A DNA stretch of 61,895 nucleotides, counting the filler. It is 6 parts of 6 records of this genome, joined end to end, with 100 filler letters (N's around TTAATTAATTAA, not from the genome) between each part and the next. Parts side by side here need not be neighbours in the genome. Positions count along the whole stretch, not along the records: positions 1 to 9,932 come from SRR31156797_16823; positions 10,033 to 19,033 come from SRR31156797_16834; 4 more parts are not named here. One strand, 5' to 3'. Made by a program: the position numbers and the translations under genes. Below, piece after piece: positions 1 through 11,840 of this stretch (position 1 is its first letter; every line of letters begins with the position of its first letter). Below the pieces are notes generated by a model. That model searched no databases and was not told the origin of the DNA. It saw only the letters and a program-made list of their open reading frames with translations.

Positions 1-63
1 TCTTCTTTTAAGAGAAGAAATAGAAATGAATAGAAATATTACAAGTACTAAATATTACTTTTA

Positions 64-72
64 TGATATAAT
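64..72 (+). promoter_or_regulatory. Extended -10 promoter element (TGnTATAAT)
   Basis: TGATATAAT 47 nt upstream of the maturase ATG; AT-rich context lowers specificity. Confidence 0.4.
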
Positions 73-119
73 AAAGTAATTGTTATATGGAGAATATTTA
101 TTTTGGATTGGTATAAAAA

Positions 120-1250
120 ATGGCTAAAAGTTTATCATTGTTAATCAAACCTGCTTCAGGTTCCTGTAATCTACGGTGCAAATATTGTTTTTACCATGAT
201 GTAGTATCGAATAGAATTCAGCAAGATTATGGCATGATGAAAGAAGATGTACTAGAAAAAGTTATAGAAAAGGCATTTTCGTATGCAGATACATTTATCA
301 CATTCGCTTTTCAAGGCGGTGAACCAATGCTTAGGGGTCTTGACTTTTACGAGAAATTCATTGAACTTACAAAGAAGTATAATGCAAATAAGATTACAAT
401 CAATTTCTCCATACAGACAAATGGAACACTAATAAATGATGAATGGGCAAAGTTTTTTGCAGAAAATGATTTTCTGGTTGGATTGTCTTTGGATGGTTAC
501 AGGGAAATACATGACCTAAACCGAGTAGATAATAAGGGTAATGGTACATTTAAAACAGTGCTTAATGTAACGCAGGTTTTAAACAAGTATAATGCTGATT
601 TCAATATACTCTGCGTGGTTACTAAGGCAGTAGCTAAGCATGGAGCCAAGATATATAATTTCTTTAAATCAAAGGGATTTAAGTTTATTCAGTTTATTCC
701 ATGTCTTGATGATTTTGACCAAGAAAATGGTAAGATGCCTTTCTCGCTGACAGCTAAGCATTACGGCACATTTCTCATTAACGTATTTAATTTATGGTAT
801 CGAGATTATTTGTCTGGTGACTACATAAGCATTAGATTTTTTGACAATTTAGTTATGATGATAAAGGGGTATCCACCAGAATCATGCGATATGGTGGGGC
901 GCTGCTCTAAAGGAACGGTAATTGAGGCTGATGGTTCTCTTTACCCATGTGATTTTTATGTAGTTGATGAGTGGAAGATAGGGAACATATTAAATTCAGG
1001 ATTTGATGAATTGCTAGCTAATCCTAGAATGGAAGAATTTGTTAAACAATCAATGAAAATTGACAATGAATGTAAAGCATGCGAATACTACCCATTATGC
1101 AGAGGAGGCTGCAGAAGACATAAAGAAAATAGTCTAGATAAAGGTGCATTAACTAATATGTTTTGTGAGTCATATAAGATGTTTTATAAACACGCAGTGG
1201 ATAAACTTATATATATTGCCAACAATATTGCGTTTAATCAGCAACCATAA
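120..1250 (+). CDS. Anaerobic sulfatase maturase (radical SAM/SPASM, AslB/ChuR/anSME family)
   Basis: KPASGSCNLRCKYCFY (CxxxCxxC), FQGGEP, QTNG, SPASM cysteines YPCD, CKACEYYPLCRGGC, FCESY. Confidence 0.92.
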   Translation: MAKSLSLLIKPASGSCNLRCKYCFYHDVVSNRIQQDYGMMKEDVLEKVIEKAFSYADTFITFAFQGGEPMLRGLDFYEKFIELTKKYNANKITINFSIQTNGTLINDEWAKFFAENDFLVGLSLDGYREIHDLNRVDNKGNGTFKTVLNVTQVLNKYNADFNILCVVTKAVAKHGAKIYNFFKSKGFKFIQFIPCLDDFDQENGKMPFSLTAKHYGTFLINVFNLWYRDYLSGDYISIRFFDNLVMMIKGYPPESCDMVGRCSKGTVIEADGSLYPCDFYVVDEWKIGNILNSGFDELLANPRMEEFVKQSMKIDNECKACEYYPLCRGGCRRHKENSLDKGALTNMFCESYKMFYKHAVDKLIYIANNIAFNQQP

Positions 1251-1399
1251 GCATTTATCTCGATATTCTTATGAGTTAATATAAGTCCCCCATTATTCCC
1301 CTAATCGCTAAGGTCAATTATATTTGATATTTAGTTTTTATGTTCCAGATGACTTTTATACTGGAGACACTGAGGAGTTGAATGAAATATAAAATAAAC

Positions 1400-3271
1400 T
1401 TAATCACATACCAAAGGTATTTTAAACTCGATTGTAGTTCCTGCTTTTATTGTACTGGTAATATGCAATTCTGTGTTTAGCTGATTTTTTAGTCTTGTAT
1501 TTATATTGACTAGACTAATACCTATTTCTGGTGATATTTGGATCATTTCAGTGTTCAATTCTGATTCAATTGAACAAAGCTTTTGACTAGGAATACCAAC
1601 CCCATTATCACTAACACTTATAGTATAATTATTTGTATTCTGGTAAACAGACACTTTTATTTTTCCTCCTTCTCTTTTCTTTCGCAGGCCATGGTTCACA
1701 GCATTCTCTACCAATGGCTGCAATGTCATAGGTGGTATCATTATTGTGTGATCATTAGGAACATCAATTTCGATTTTTATATTATTAAACCGACTTTCAA
1801 CAATTGAAGTGTATGCTCTTAAAGTTTCAAGCTCTTTGCTAAGGGGAACAAGTTGCTTTAGATTATCTCTGACAGATGTATTTCTGAGAAATGTCGATAA
1901 TGAAACAACTAATTCTTCAGCAAGTAAACTATTTTTACTTATTGTATTTGCTATAGTGTTAAGACTATTAAACAAAAAATGAGAACTGATTTGTGAATTC
2001 AAATAAGCTTGTTCATATACTTTACTTAGTTTTGCTTGCTCCTGAACACGTATTGTATCAATTAGAAGAAGGCGTCCTACTGCAATAATCACAAACAAAT
2101 ACCCATAGACTGTTATTTCGCCAATCACGTTTATTATTGTTGCTCTGTATAAAAAGTCATGTATGATACATATACATAAGAAAACTGCTGAGTAAAGAAA
2201 GTTTTCCATAAAATGCTTTCCATTTATTATAGTAATTATTATTATAGTAACACTTATTATCATTCCGATATAAGCAAATATCTTACTAAATGCAATAATG
2301 CTTGTAGTAAAATGGATTGAAAAGAACACAACGCTTAATGAAAGCAAAATACTGATTTTACTATATATGTCGATTATTTTATCTACTATAGGTCTTACAG
2401 ATTTAGGATATTTACAAAAATAAGATATAGTTCTTAACGCAAACATAGACATACAGTACGTAACAATATATTGAATTTTCACGATTGTGTTCATAGATAT
2501 TGAAGGAAACCAATATATAATTAATTTTTCACCGCATACTAACTGCTGTAAAATTGCAAAAACTACTGTTCCAACAAAATTATATGTATGACGAGGTGCT
2601 TTTATAGATATTATTATACCCAAAGTAAGGAGCAGGGTGAAAATAAACATACCTAGAGTAATGTGCTCCATACCAGCCTTTGAGTTTTGGTAATGCATCA
2701 TATTCTCAGAACTGCTTAGTTGAATAGGTAACCACATACCAGCCCTCGCATAATCATAATTAGATATTTGTATTACAATTATAAATGATGTATCTTGGGC
2801 AATGAAATCACGGTAGAATATCTTGAACTTTGATTGATGACCATCAGCACTGTCACTAACTTGACCTGCCTCAGCTATTTGATAATTATCTATAAATACT
2901 TTACCTGCAGTTCCAAATGTAGGTATCTTTATACCATATGATTCACCTGGTATAACATTAGTCACTTTCAGCATATATGTGGCATATCCGTACTCTTGAT
3001 ACTCAGTGTTGATATTCCAAAATCCTGGTACATTAATACACTCATCAATGCTTTCATAATCAGTATAGTCAAGTAACTCATTATACGAAAATCGCCATTC
3101 ACCTATTAATCTTTCTGGTAAAAGTTTCTCAGAATAAGAATAAGAGCCATTCTTGATTTTAACTTTATTCTCATTGTAATTGTAAATAAATAATGATGTG
3201 AACGATACAACAGTAATTACAATTAATGAAATCACTAATCGCTTTAGGGATTTTTTATTTTTAATAATCAT
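1400..3271 (-). CDS. Membrane sensor histidine kinase, LytS/YehU-type (7TM-DISM-like input, His_kinase, HATPase_c)
   Basis: N-terminal TM, extracellular VPGFWN..YGYATY domain, about 7 hydrophobic helices, QISSHFLFNSLNTI H-box, LQPLVENAVNHG, VSDNGVGI, GISLVNINTRL. Confidence 0.88.
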   Translation of the reverse strand: MIIKNKKSLKRLVISLIVITVVSFTSLFIYNYNENKVKIKNGSYSYSEKLLPERLIGEWRFSYNELLDYTDYESIDECINVPGFWNINTEYQEYGYATYMLKVTNVIPGESYGIKIPTFGTAGKVFIDNYQIAEAGQVSDSADGHQSKFKIFYRDFIAQDTSFIIVIQISNYDYARAGMWLPIQLSSSENMMHYQNSKAGMEHITLGMFIFTLLLTLGIIISIKAPRHTYNFVGTVVFAILQQLVCGEKLIIYWFPSISMNTIVKIQYIVTYCMSMFALRTISYFCKYPKSVRPIVDKIIDIYSKISILLSLSVVFFSIHFTTSIIAFSKIFAYIGMIISVTIIIITIINGKHFMENFLYSAVFLCICIIHDFLYRATIINVIGEITVYGYLFVIIAVGRLLLIDTIRVQEQAKLSKVYEQAYLNSQISSHFLFNSLNTIANTISKNSLLAEELVVSLSTFLRNTSVRDNLKQLVPLSKELETLRAYTSIVESRFNNIKIEIDVPNDHTIMIPPMTLQPLVENAVNHGLRKKREGGKIKVSVYQNTNNYTISVSDNGVGIPSQKLCSIESELNTEMIQISPEIGISLVNINTRLKNQLNTELHITSTIKAGTTIEFKIPLVCD

Positions 3272-4205
3272 TGATATTTAGCTCATGAACTTCAATAATT
3301 TTTAGTAATTTAACTTTATCTTCTGAGGTTAAATTAGTGTTTTTTAATTGATTAATATAAAATTCTTTTAACCTTATCTCAAGTGATGCCCTCGTGCTAT
3401 ATGACCATGCATATTCCATATCGTAAAAATATGATCCTTTATCAATTTCCAGTATAGCATTAAAATCATCACGAGTTATGACTTTATGTGCAGATTCTGT
3501 TAATTTTTTGTGAAGAATTCGGTAATCCCAAAGTAAGTTAGGACAACTAACTTTATATGAACTCAGCTTGAAATCTATTATATTCTCAATACCGATGTCT
3601 TTAAATGCTTTTCTACAGTAGCTAATATTTGTATGTAAATTTCCCTTTAATTGGTTATTAGAATTATTATTAAATAAATTGCAAATTATCTTATCGAAGT
3701 GTACCCATGAGTTTTCATTATGCAGTAAAAAACAAAATAGTTCTTGTGACTTTTTTGTTCTAAACTTTATAGATTGATTTCTATATTTAATTAAAAAGCT
3801 ACCTAATGTATTTACAATTAGATTAGGCTTTGTTTCATTTTGTATAATTGGAAAACCATATAATTTATCGATTAACGTACTCAGAATATCTTTTGAAATT
3901 GGCTTTAAAAGATATCCTATAGCTTGATTTTTGTATGCTTCCAAGGTGTAATCACTATATGCGGTAGTATATATTATTATTGTATTAGTGCATTCTTTAT
4001 TAATACTAATACCTAAATCAATACCATTTAAAAATGGCATATCAATATCTGTAAAAACTACCTGCACCGTATTAGCTTTTAAGTATTCTAGTGCGTATAT
4101 TGGGTCGGTAAAGGTACGTACTACTTCACATCTTCCATCAAGTTCAAGTAAATGCTCAAGTCTTTCGATAGCTGGCAATTCATCATCAATAATTACAACT
4201 TTCAT
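3261..4205 (-). CDS. Response regulator (REC plus SARP-like winged-helix output)
   Basis: IIDDE, FTDIDMPFLNG, YTTAY, YLLKP; output region VNTLGSF..FRTKKSQELFCFLL; overlaps kinase start by 11 nt. Confidence 0.88.
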   Translation of the reverse strand: MKVVIIDDELPAIERLEHLLELDGRCEVVRTFTDPIYALEYLKANTVQVVFTDIDMPFLNGIDLGISINKECTNTIIIYTTAYSDYTLEAYKNQAIGYLLKPISKDILSTLIDKLYGFPIIQNETKPNLIVNTLGSFLIKYRNQSIKFRTKKSQELFCFLLHNENSWVHFDKIICNLFNNNSNNQLKGNLHTNISYCRKAFKDIGIENIIDFKLSSYKVSCPNLLWDYRILHKKLTESAHKVITRDDFNAILEIDKGSYFYDMEYAWSYSTRASLEIRLKEFYINQLKNTNLTSEDKVKLLKIIEVHELNINDY

Positions 4206-4308
4206 GTGTACCTCATATTTACATTAACCATAGTATGTTATCATTTTTAATTGAATATTTCAAATATATAAATTTGAATGAAATAATAGAGAATATTATT
4301 ATTCATTG

Positions 4309-4398
4309 TTTTGTTAAGAATGACTTAATAGAAAATTTCATAATTTCGTTATTTTGTTAAGAATACGTTCAGTGCTTAATGATATTCTTAATGATATT
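4309..4398. promoter_or_regulatory. Repeated motifs in divergent intergenic region (candidate response-regulator sites)
   Basis: TTTTGTTAAGAAT at 4309 and 4352; tandem CTTAATGATATT at 4375 and 4387, containing the inverse ATTCTTAA. Confidence 0.35.
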
Positions 4399-4632
4399 AT
4401 AAATCAATTATATTTAGGGATCCAAAATTGTTGGATGTTTTATTGTATTTATTTGCGTTCTAATGTGATGTATATAAAAATACATGCAATTCTAGTTAAT
4501 GTCAAAGTTAATTTATTACATTATAGGTTTGTAAGATTATATACCACTTGGAGCATGTATTTAGAGATATACAAACAAGTAGTTCTATTAAATTTATTAT
4601 TAAATAAAAGCGGCATGATGAAGGGTATAATT

Positions 4633-7600
4633 ATGAAAAAAGGAATTAGTAGAAAATTTGGTTGTTTTGTTATTGTGTTAATTTTGGTGTCAGCAGCTAT
4701 ATTATTATATTCACCAATAGCTATAGCTGATGAATTAATAACATTAACAAAAACTTCTGATTATACGACTAGAGTGCCGGGGGAAATAGTTACATTTGAA
4801 ATCCAATATTCTGGTTCAAGTACTACAGAGGACTTGAATGGTTTTGTACTAATTGATACTTTACCTGATTCTATGGAATACGTAGGATATGAGGCAGGTA
4901 ACTCTATGCATATTCAAAGTATAACCGAACCTACTGCACTAAACCCAAATGTAATAACAATTAATATGGTTGACCCATTTCCAGCTGGTACGACAGGTAC
5001 GATAAAGATAATGGCTCGCTTTAAGCAGGGTGTAACTCCAGATGGAACTGTTGCAATAAATGAGGTTGTTGGTATAGCTGATGGTTCTGATGATGCTAAA
5101 GCGACAGCTACAGTTCGTGCTTATACAACTGATACTGACTGGAGCATAGAGAAGACAAAGAGTGCGCCAGGCGGTACTGTAAATCCTATGCCAGGAACAC
5201 CTGTTACATACACCATTAGAGTAAATGGTAACAGCAGTAGCGGACTAGATCTGGAGAATGTATATGTAACAGATACATTACCAGATAATATCACTGACGT
5301 TTCATCCACTGATGCTGACTTTGTAGGATATGATTCTCTTAATAATACTGCTTCATGGAATATTGGAACAATTTTAGCTGGTTCCAGTGCTACGAGAACA
5401 ATTACATATACATATATTGAAAGCAGTGATCCATTATTAGGTTATGATACTGACAGCACTGTAACAAATATTGTAGATGCTACTGCTACAGAGTATGGAA
5501 ACACTGAAGTGATCACAGTGCATGATGAAGTAACTCATGATTTGGATGAGGAGACTCCACAGTCAAACAGTGGATTTAGAAAAGATAATCGTAACCAAGC
5601 TAGAATGCAGACAAATATAGACGTGTATTCTGCTGGACAGACAGCATATTTTGAAATAGGAAACATTAGTAATACCGGTAACATAGCTTTGGATAATTTC
5701 TATGTGCAGGATGATGTGCCTGCGGATTTGGCATTGCGGACAATCACTACAACCGAAACTAATACTGGTGCAAATGTAACCATAGAGTATACAACTAACT
5801 TAAATAGCGCATGGACTACATGGGGAGTTTATACTACTGATAGTGGTGATGAACAAACATTGAATGTATCTTCTCTAGGTCTTTATGAAGATGGCGACGG
5901 TGTGTATGATGTAGATGATGAGTATGTCAATGGTGTACGCTGGCTATATGGTACTGTACCAATGGGCTTCACAGTTACCAAAGATATTTTCATAAGTACT
6001 GAAGTGCTTCAGACAAACTATGAAACAGGCAATCCAGTAGATGATATAGTAAATGAAGCTACTCTCTTTGCCGAGCACGACGGCAATCCGCTGCCTAATG
6101 AAGTGGACCATGCTGAGTTATCTAAAGATGATGAGAAACCATGGTACGATGCTGTAAAGACTGGTAACAAAGAAACTGTAAAGTACTATGATATAAATGA
6201 TGATCCAGAGAGATCACAGGTAGAGTTTACTTTGCAGATAGGTAATCATGATTTTGCTACAGGTGAACTGCACAACCCTATAGCTATAGACATACTTCCT
6301 ATATTTATAGATGATAATGATACTCTTGATACAAGTGATGATACATATAATGAGATATTCATAGAGGTTGATGAAGCGTCTCGTGTATGGGATTGGGATG
6401 TAGGTAATACTAGTCTTAATAAAAATGATATCCAGCCTACATTTACTCAGAGAATTGTGCAAATTGACGGTATGGACCGAGTTGTGCTGACGTGGGAATT
6501 TGGTGACTCAGATGACGGTGATGAAACCAACGATATAGTACTTGCACCTGGCGAATATGTTGAGGTTACTTTCACTGTCACAGTAAAAGAGAATACCTAT
6601 TCTAATCTATATACTAATGAATTATACATGACATCTAATTTTAATCATGCTAACGGCATCAGACTGCCATCATCCAGCGATATAGACTACGCTGATTTTA
6701 TGACTGATGATTTGGATTTGGATGATGATATACTTAACACAGATTATCTGTACAAAACAACTGAGGATATATTTGTACTGTTCCAGGGATCAATGGAATC
6801 CAGTAAATGGTCTCATGGTGAGCTGGATGCAGTTGATACGTGGTACAAATATTCTGATTTATCTCAAACAATACCGGGAGGCATTGCGAATTATCAGCTG
6901 AAGATTGAGACACAGGAAGCAAACGGCCCAATTACAAATCTAGTTGTAATCGATATCTTCCCATATGTTGGGGATGTTGGATTAATTGACACAAGTGCTC
7001 GAAATTCAGAATGGCAACCTTTTATGGTGGGAGAAGTAACCGGAGAAAATGGTGATCCTTTGCCAGCAGGTACGAAAGTATACTATACAGATGTTACTAA
7101 TTTATCACTAAAGGAATTAAGTGACCCGGAATTTAGTAACGGAACAGCAGGGGATAACTGGGTGGATTGGGATACAACTCCACCTACTGCGATGACCGAA
7201 ATTGCAGCAATAAAGATTTGCTTCAATGATTATATATTTGAGCCTGCAGAAGAAATGACTATTAATATTCCAATGCGTGTACCTATAGATGTTCCTACAG
7301 GTGAAGTTGCATGGAATAGCTTTGCATATACTGCAACATATCCGGGTTACTTGGATGGAGCTGAAGTAAATAGACCATTCGCAGCAGCGGAACCTATTAA
7401 GGCAGGATTTGAAGCAAACCTGAATGATACTGACCGCTACAGCATTGGTGATCGTGTATGGCATGATGAGAATGCAAATGGAATCCAAGACTGGGATGAT
7501 GTAAATGATAATGGAGAACATGATGACGGTGAAGCATTCACTGAAGAAGGTATAAATGAGGTTGTTGTAAATTTATATGACTCTACTCAAACACCAGGTA

Positions 7601-9932
7601 TAGATGATCCAATTGCTACTACTAGAACTTCTGACAGTCACTTAGGTGAATCCGGATACTATGGATTTGCTGATTTACAGGCAGGAGATTACTATGTTGA
7701 GTTTCTTTATCCAACAAACTATGAGTTAAGCCCGCAGGAGGAGAGAGGAACTCTGGGAACTGCAGATAATGATTCTGATGATACAACCAGTCCTGTTTCT
7801 ACAACTACACCTGAAGGATATAGTGCATACAGCGTATATACGAATTCAATAGTCAGCGTTGGTCCAGATGATATAAGTATTGACTTAGGATTATATGAAG
7901 TTGTTGAATTAGGCGACAGAGTATGGGATGACTTAAATGGTAATGGCATTCAGGACTCATCTGGGGTAGGCATACCATCAGGTGGTGAGCCGGGAGTTGA
8001 AGGAGTAACAGTTACACTATTAGATGAATCAAATAATGTAGTTTATGACGATGACGGTGCTCTTGTTTCTCCACAGAATACAGATATAAACGGTTACTAT
8101 TCATTTACCAATCTTACACCAGGGAAATACCATGTAGTATTCAGCAATATACCAGCAGGCTATAGCTACACTTCTAAGGAAGCTGGAAGCAATTTAAACA
8201 GAGACAGTGATGTATTGCCTGACAGCGGTGACCCAACAATAGGTAGAAGTGATTTAATAGACTTATTGTCACTGCCACAATACGCAAATCCTTATTTCAG
8301 ATTAATTGACGAGGATGATTCGGACGGAATTGATTTGGATGAAACTACACTGCATGCATATAATTCACTGGATGCTGGTATTCATGCAGCTGCATTAGGA
8401 GACACAGTATGGATTGACTGGGAACGTGATGGTCTGCAGAACTCATCTACTAATATTTATGAGGCAGGAATCACGTTACAGTTATTTGATTCTACTGGAA
8501 ATCCAGCTATTGATGTATATGGTGACCCTGTTCCAAATCAAACAACTGATGCAAACGGTAATTATCTCTTCACACAGCTTCCAGCAGGAGATTATTTCGT
8601 CAGGGTTGTTCTGCCTGAAGAATATGAGTTTACTCTAAGTAATGTTGGTGCAGATGATGAAATCGATAACGATGTTGCAAATAATATAATTGACAGAGTT
8701 GGAGCTACACCAGGTCAGGGCGATACTGATGTTGTCAGCTTGGCTCAATCAGAAATTAACCTAACTGATGATGCAGGTCTACAATATCTGCCATCATCAA
8801 TCAGTGATCTAGTATGGCATGATACAAATGGTAATGGAATACAGGATGGCGGCGAGGTTGGACTACAGGGAATTCAGGTGGAGTTACTTGATGATACAGG
8901 TGTAGCGATTAGAACAGTAGAAACTGATGCTAACGGCTTATACTACTTCGGTGATTTAAACCCTGGAACGTACAGCATAAGGTTCACTGATACTATAGTT
9001 GGAACCGAGTATATATTCTCACAGCCGGGTCAGGGTGGTGATGATGCTTTGGATAGTAACCCTGTTGCTGATAAAACCAGTACAAACTACGGCAGAACAT
9101 CAGACATAGTATTACCATATGATACAGATTTAAAAACAATTGATGCAGGTATGTTTATTCCGGCTTCAATAAGTGACTATGTATGGCTGGAAACTGATAA
9201 TAACGGAACGCAGGACGCAGGCGAAAATGGCGTATCAGGTGTTACGGTCAGACTTCTAGACAGCGGCGGCAGTCAAATAGCTGCTACTACCACGGATAGT
9301 AACGGATACTATATATTTGATGGCTTACCGCCTGGGGATTATTACGTTGAGTTTGATCCGCCAACAGTTAATTACCTCTTTGTAGTAAACGATAACTCAG
9401 GTGATGATGCAACCGATAGTGACGTTATTCCTACAACAGGGAGAACACCAGTTATCACATTGCCGGAGGGCTTTGATAACGAAACAATAGATGCAGGTAT
9501 GATATTAGAAGCCAGTATTGGAAACAATGTATGGATTGATTTAGACCGCAATGGACTGCGTGACGGCGACATACTACTAGACTATGAGAATTTCAGCGGT
9601 GTAACCGTTAATCTATACGATGCAGGAGACACAACTTCATCAATAGCAGCTACTACTACAAATAGTAGTGGATTCTACAGATTCTATGATTTGTATCCTG
9701 GTGACTATGTAGTAGAGTTCGTTATGCCTGATAATACTATATATCAATATACAGATTTGAATGTATCAGGTGCAGTAACCAGCTCAGAGGCAAATCATGA
9801 CAGTGATGCTAATCCTATTGTTGGTGCAACAGAAGGATTTACCAGCAGTATTACATTAGTTGCAGGACAGTATGATCACTTTATTGATGCAGGTTTCGAG
9901 CATATACCATCATCAATTGGCGACTATGTATG
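4633..9932 (+). CDS. Large secreted/surface adhesin-like protein with DUF11-like domains and at least 7 SdrD B-like repeats; 3' truncated at contig end
   Basis: Signal peptide MKKGISRKF..PIAIA from ATG 4633; repeats SIGDRVWHDENANGIQD, ELGDRVWDDLNGNGIQD, ALGDTVWID, SISDLVWHDTNGNGIQD, SISDYVWLE, SIGNNVWID, SIGDYV with T.TD.NGYY.F..L.PG.Y; very acidic. Confidence 0.88.
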
Positions 9933-10032
9933 NNNNNNNNNNNNNNNNNNNNNNNNNNNNNNNNNNNNNNNNNNNNTTAATTAATTAANNNNNNNNNNNN
10001 NNNNNNNNNNNNNNNNNNNNNNNNNNNNNNNN
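9933..10032. other. Artificial contig linker 1
   Basis: 100 nt of N with central TTAATTAATTAA (stops in all six frames); GC content jumps across it. Confidence 0.98.
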
Positions 10033-10060
10033 AACGATCCGAGAGTCAGAAGACCTGCCT
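10033..10060 (+). promoter_or_regulatory. Cobalamin riboswitch, 3' part only (B12 box); 5' part lost at contig start
   Basis: GAGTCAGAAGACCTGCC (10043-10059) matches the conserved B12-box end; downstream terminator and cbiZ give matching context. Confidence 0.8.
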
Positions 10061-10120
10061 GGTAAAAGGAGGGGTTGCAGGGGATGGCAATTTGTCCAAT
10101 GGTCTAATGGATAACAAGGG

Positions 10121-10159
10121 AAATCCACAGATTGACATGTTTCAGTCTGTGGATTTTTT
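10121..10159 (+). terminator. Intrinsic terminator in the 5' leader (riboswitch expression platform)
   Basis: AAATCCACAGATTGA-CATGTT-TCAGTCTGTGGATTT followed by T run, between B12 box and first ORF. Confidence 0.75.
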
Positions 10160-10249
10160 GGGTTTGGAGGCGTAAAACCCATGCAAGGCGCTTTGTAATC
10201 AAAACAGAAGGGAAAGGCAGTGTGGCTTTGTAATTTGAGCCGGACTGAA

Positions 10250-11092
10250 ATGACAATGATACAAGTAGATAACCTGATCAAAAACTATAAATCGGTCAAG
10301 GCCCTTGCCGGGGTGGATATCAGTGTGAAACCCGGTGAGATCTTTGCCTATCTCGGGCCCAACGGGGCGGGCAAGACCACCACCATCCGGATTCTCACGG
10401 GGCTCACCCAGGCGACTTCGGGAACCTGCGTCATCAACGGATTCAACATCGAAAAGGAGGTCCGCCAGGCAAAGCAGCAGTACGGCCTGGTGCCCCAGGC
10501 CATAAATCTTGACCAGGAACTGACCGTGCGGGAGAACCTGATCATCCATGGATGGCTGTACAAGATGAAATCCGCTGATATCTCAGCACGAATCGATGCA
10601 TTGCTCGATTATGTGGAGCTGTCGGAAAAGAAGAACAGCCAGGTCAAGACCCTGTCCGGGGGCATGAAAAGACGGCTCATGGTTGCAAGGGCCCTGCTCC
10701 ATGGTCCCAAGGTGCTGTTCCTGGACGAACCCACGGTGGGGCTGGATCCGGGCATTCGCCGGAAAATATGGGCCTTGATCAAAAAAATTCAGACCACCGG
10801 CACCACCATTTTCCTGACCACCCATTACATTGAAGAGGCGGAATTCCTGGCCGACCGGGTGGCGTTCCTGGACCAGGGCCGGATCGTGGCCCTGGATACC
10901 CCCGACCATCTCATGGAAAACCTTGGGGCCTGGGCCATCGACCGGCTTGTGGAGGATGGCATGGAAACGGTCTATTTCAAGACAAGGCATGATGCGGAAC
11001 GCTTCAGCACCTTGAAATCGGAACAGTTTACCTTGAGACGGGTGAATCTCGAAGACGCCTTTTTAGACTTAACAGGGAAGAAAGTAAAATGA
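10250..11092 (+). CDS. ABC transporter ATP-binding protein (DrrA/NodI type)
   Basis: Walker [10 protein letters not shown], signature LSGGMKRR, Walker B LFLDEPT, H-loop TTHY; start could be 10250 or 10256. Confidence 0.9.
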   Translation: MTMIQVDNLIKNYKSVKALAGVDISVKPGEIFAYLGPNGAGKTTTIRILTGLTQATSGTCVINGFNIEKEVRQAKQQYGLVPQAINLDQELTVRENLIIHGWLYKMKSADISARIDALLDYVELSEKKNSQVKTLSGGMKRRLMVARALLHGPKVLFLDEPTVGLDPGIRRKIWALIKKIQTTGTTIFLTTHYIEEAEFLADRVAFLDQGRIVALDTPDHLMENLGAWAIDRLVEDGMETVYFKTRHDAERFSTLKSEQFTLRRVNLEDAFLDLTGKKVK

Positions 11093-11826
11093 TACACGGA
11101 ATTGTTGCCATCTATGTTCGGGAAATGCTCATCCTGAGACGACGTCTCACACGCCAGATTCCTTCCTGGTCCATCTCTCCGTTTCTATATCTCACGGCGT
11201 TCAGCTATGCCGTGGGCCATGGGGTCTCCATCGAGGGCCACACCTACCTGGAATTCCTCATTCCGGGCCTCATTGCCATGAGCAGCATGACCCAGTCCTT
11301 TGCCATCGCAAGTGAGATCAATATCGCACGGTTTTACTGGCATATTTTTGAAGAGTTCCAGGCCGCCCCCATCAGCAAGTTCTCCTATGTGGGGGGCGAG
11401 GTGCTGGCCGGCATGACCCGGGCCTTGCTATCCATCCTGGTGATCATGGCCCTGGGGTTTCTTTTTGGCGTGCGCCTCAACTATGGAGCGGCCTTTTTTC
11501 TGGCCCTGCTGCTCAACAGCTTTGTGTTTGCCTCCCTTGCCGTGTCCCTTGCCATGGTGGTGAAATCCCATGCCGACCAGGCCATGCTCAACAGTTTCAT
11601 CATTACTCCCATGGCGTTTCTGGGGGGCACCTTTTTTCCCATCGACCGTCTTCCCGCCTGGGCCGGCGCATTCCTGAACCTGTTGCCCCTGACCCATGCG
11701 TCCAAGGCGATCCGGGCGGCGTGCCTGAATGAGCCCGTGAGCATATTCTCCTATTTTTTGTTGCTTGCCATCGGGTGCCTGTTCTTTTTCATTGCCGTCA
11801 GGTGCGTGGAAAAGGCCAAGGATTGA
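11089..11826 (+). CDS. ABC-2 type transporter permease (DrrB/NodJ type)
   Basis: About 6 TM helices, YLEFLIPGLIAM, PMAFLGGTFFPIDRLP, LLPLTHA; ATGA overlap with ATPase stop. Confidence 0.88.
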   Translation: MIHGIVAIYVREMLILRRRLTRQIPSWSISPFLYLTAFSYAVGHGVSIEGHTYLEFLIPGLIAMSSMTQSFAIASEINIARFYWHIFEEFQAAPISKFSYVGGEVLAGMTRALLSILVIMALGFLFGVRLNYGAAFFLALLLNSFVFASLAVSLAMVVKSHADQAMLNSFIITPMAFLGGTFFPIDRLPAWAGAFLNLLPLTHASKAIRAACLNEPVSIFSYFLLLAIGCLFFFIAVRCVEKAKD

Positions 11827-11840
11827 TTTAAGGAAAAACA

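Noticed and set aside
4354..4632. 93-aa N-terminal extension of the adhesin in the ORF track
   Set aside because: AT-rich intergenic sequence; the signal peptide begins at ATG 4633
9977..9988. TTAATTAATTAA palindrome recurring five times as a biological repeat
   Set aside because: Always embedded in N-runs; synthetic six-frame stop linker
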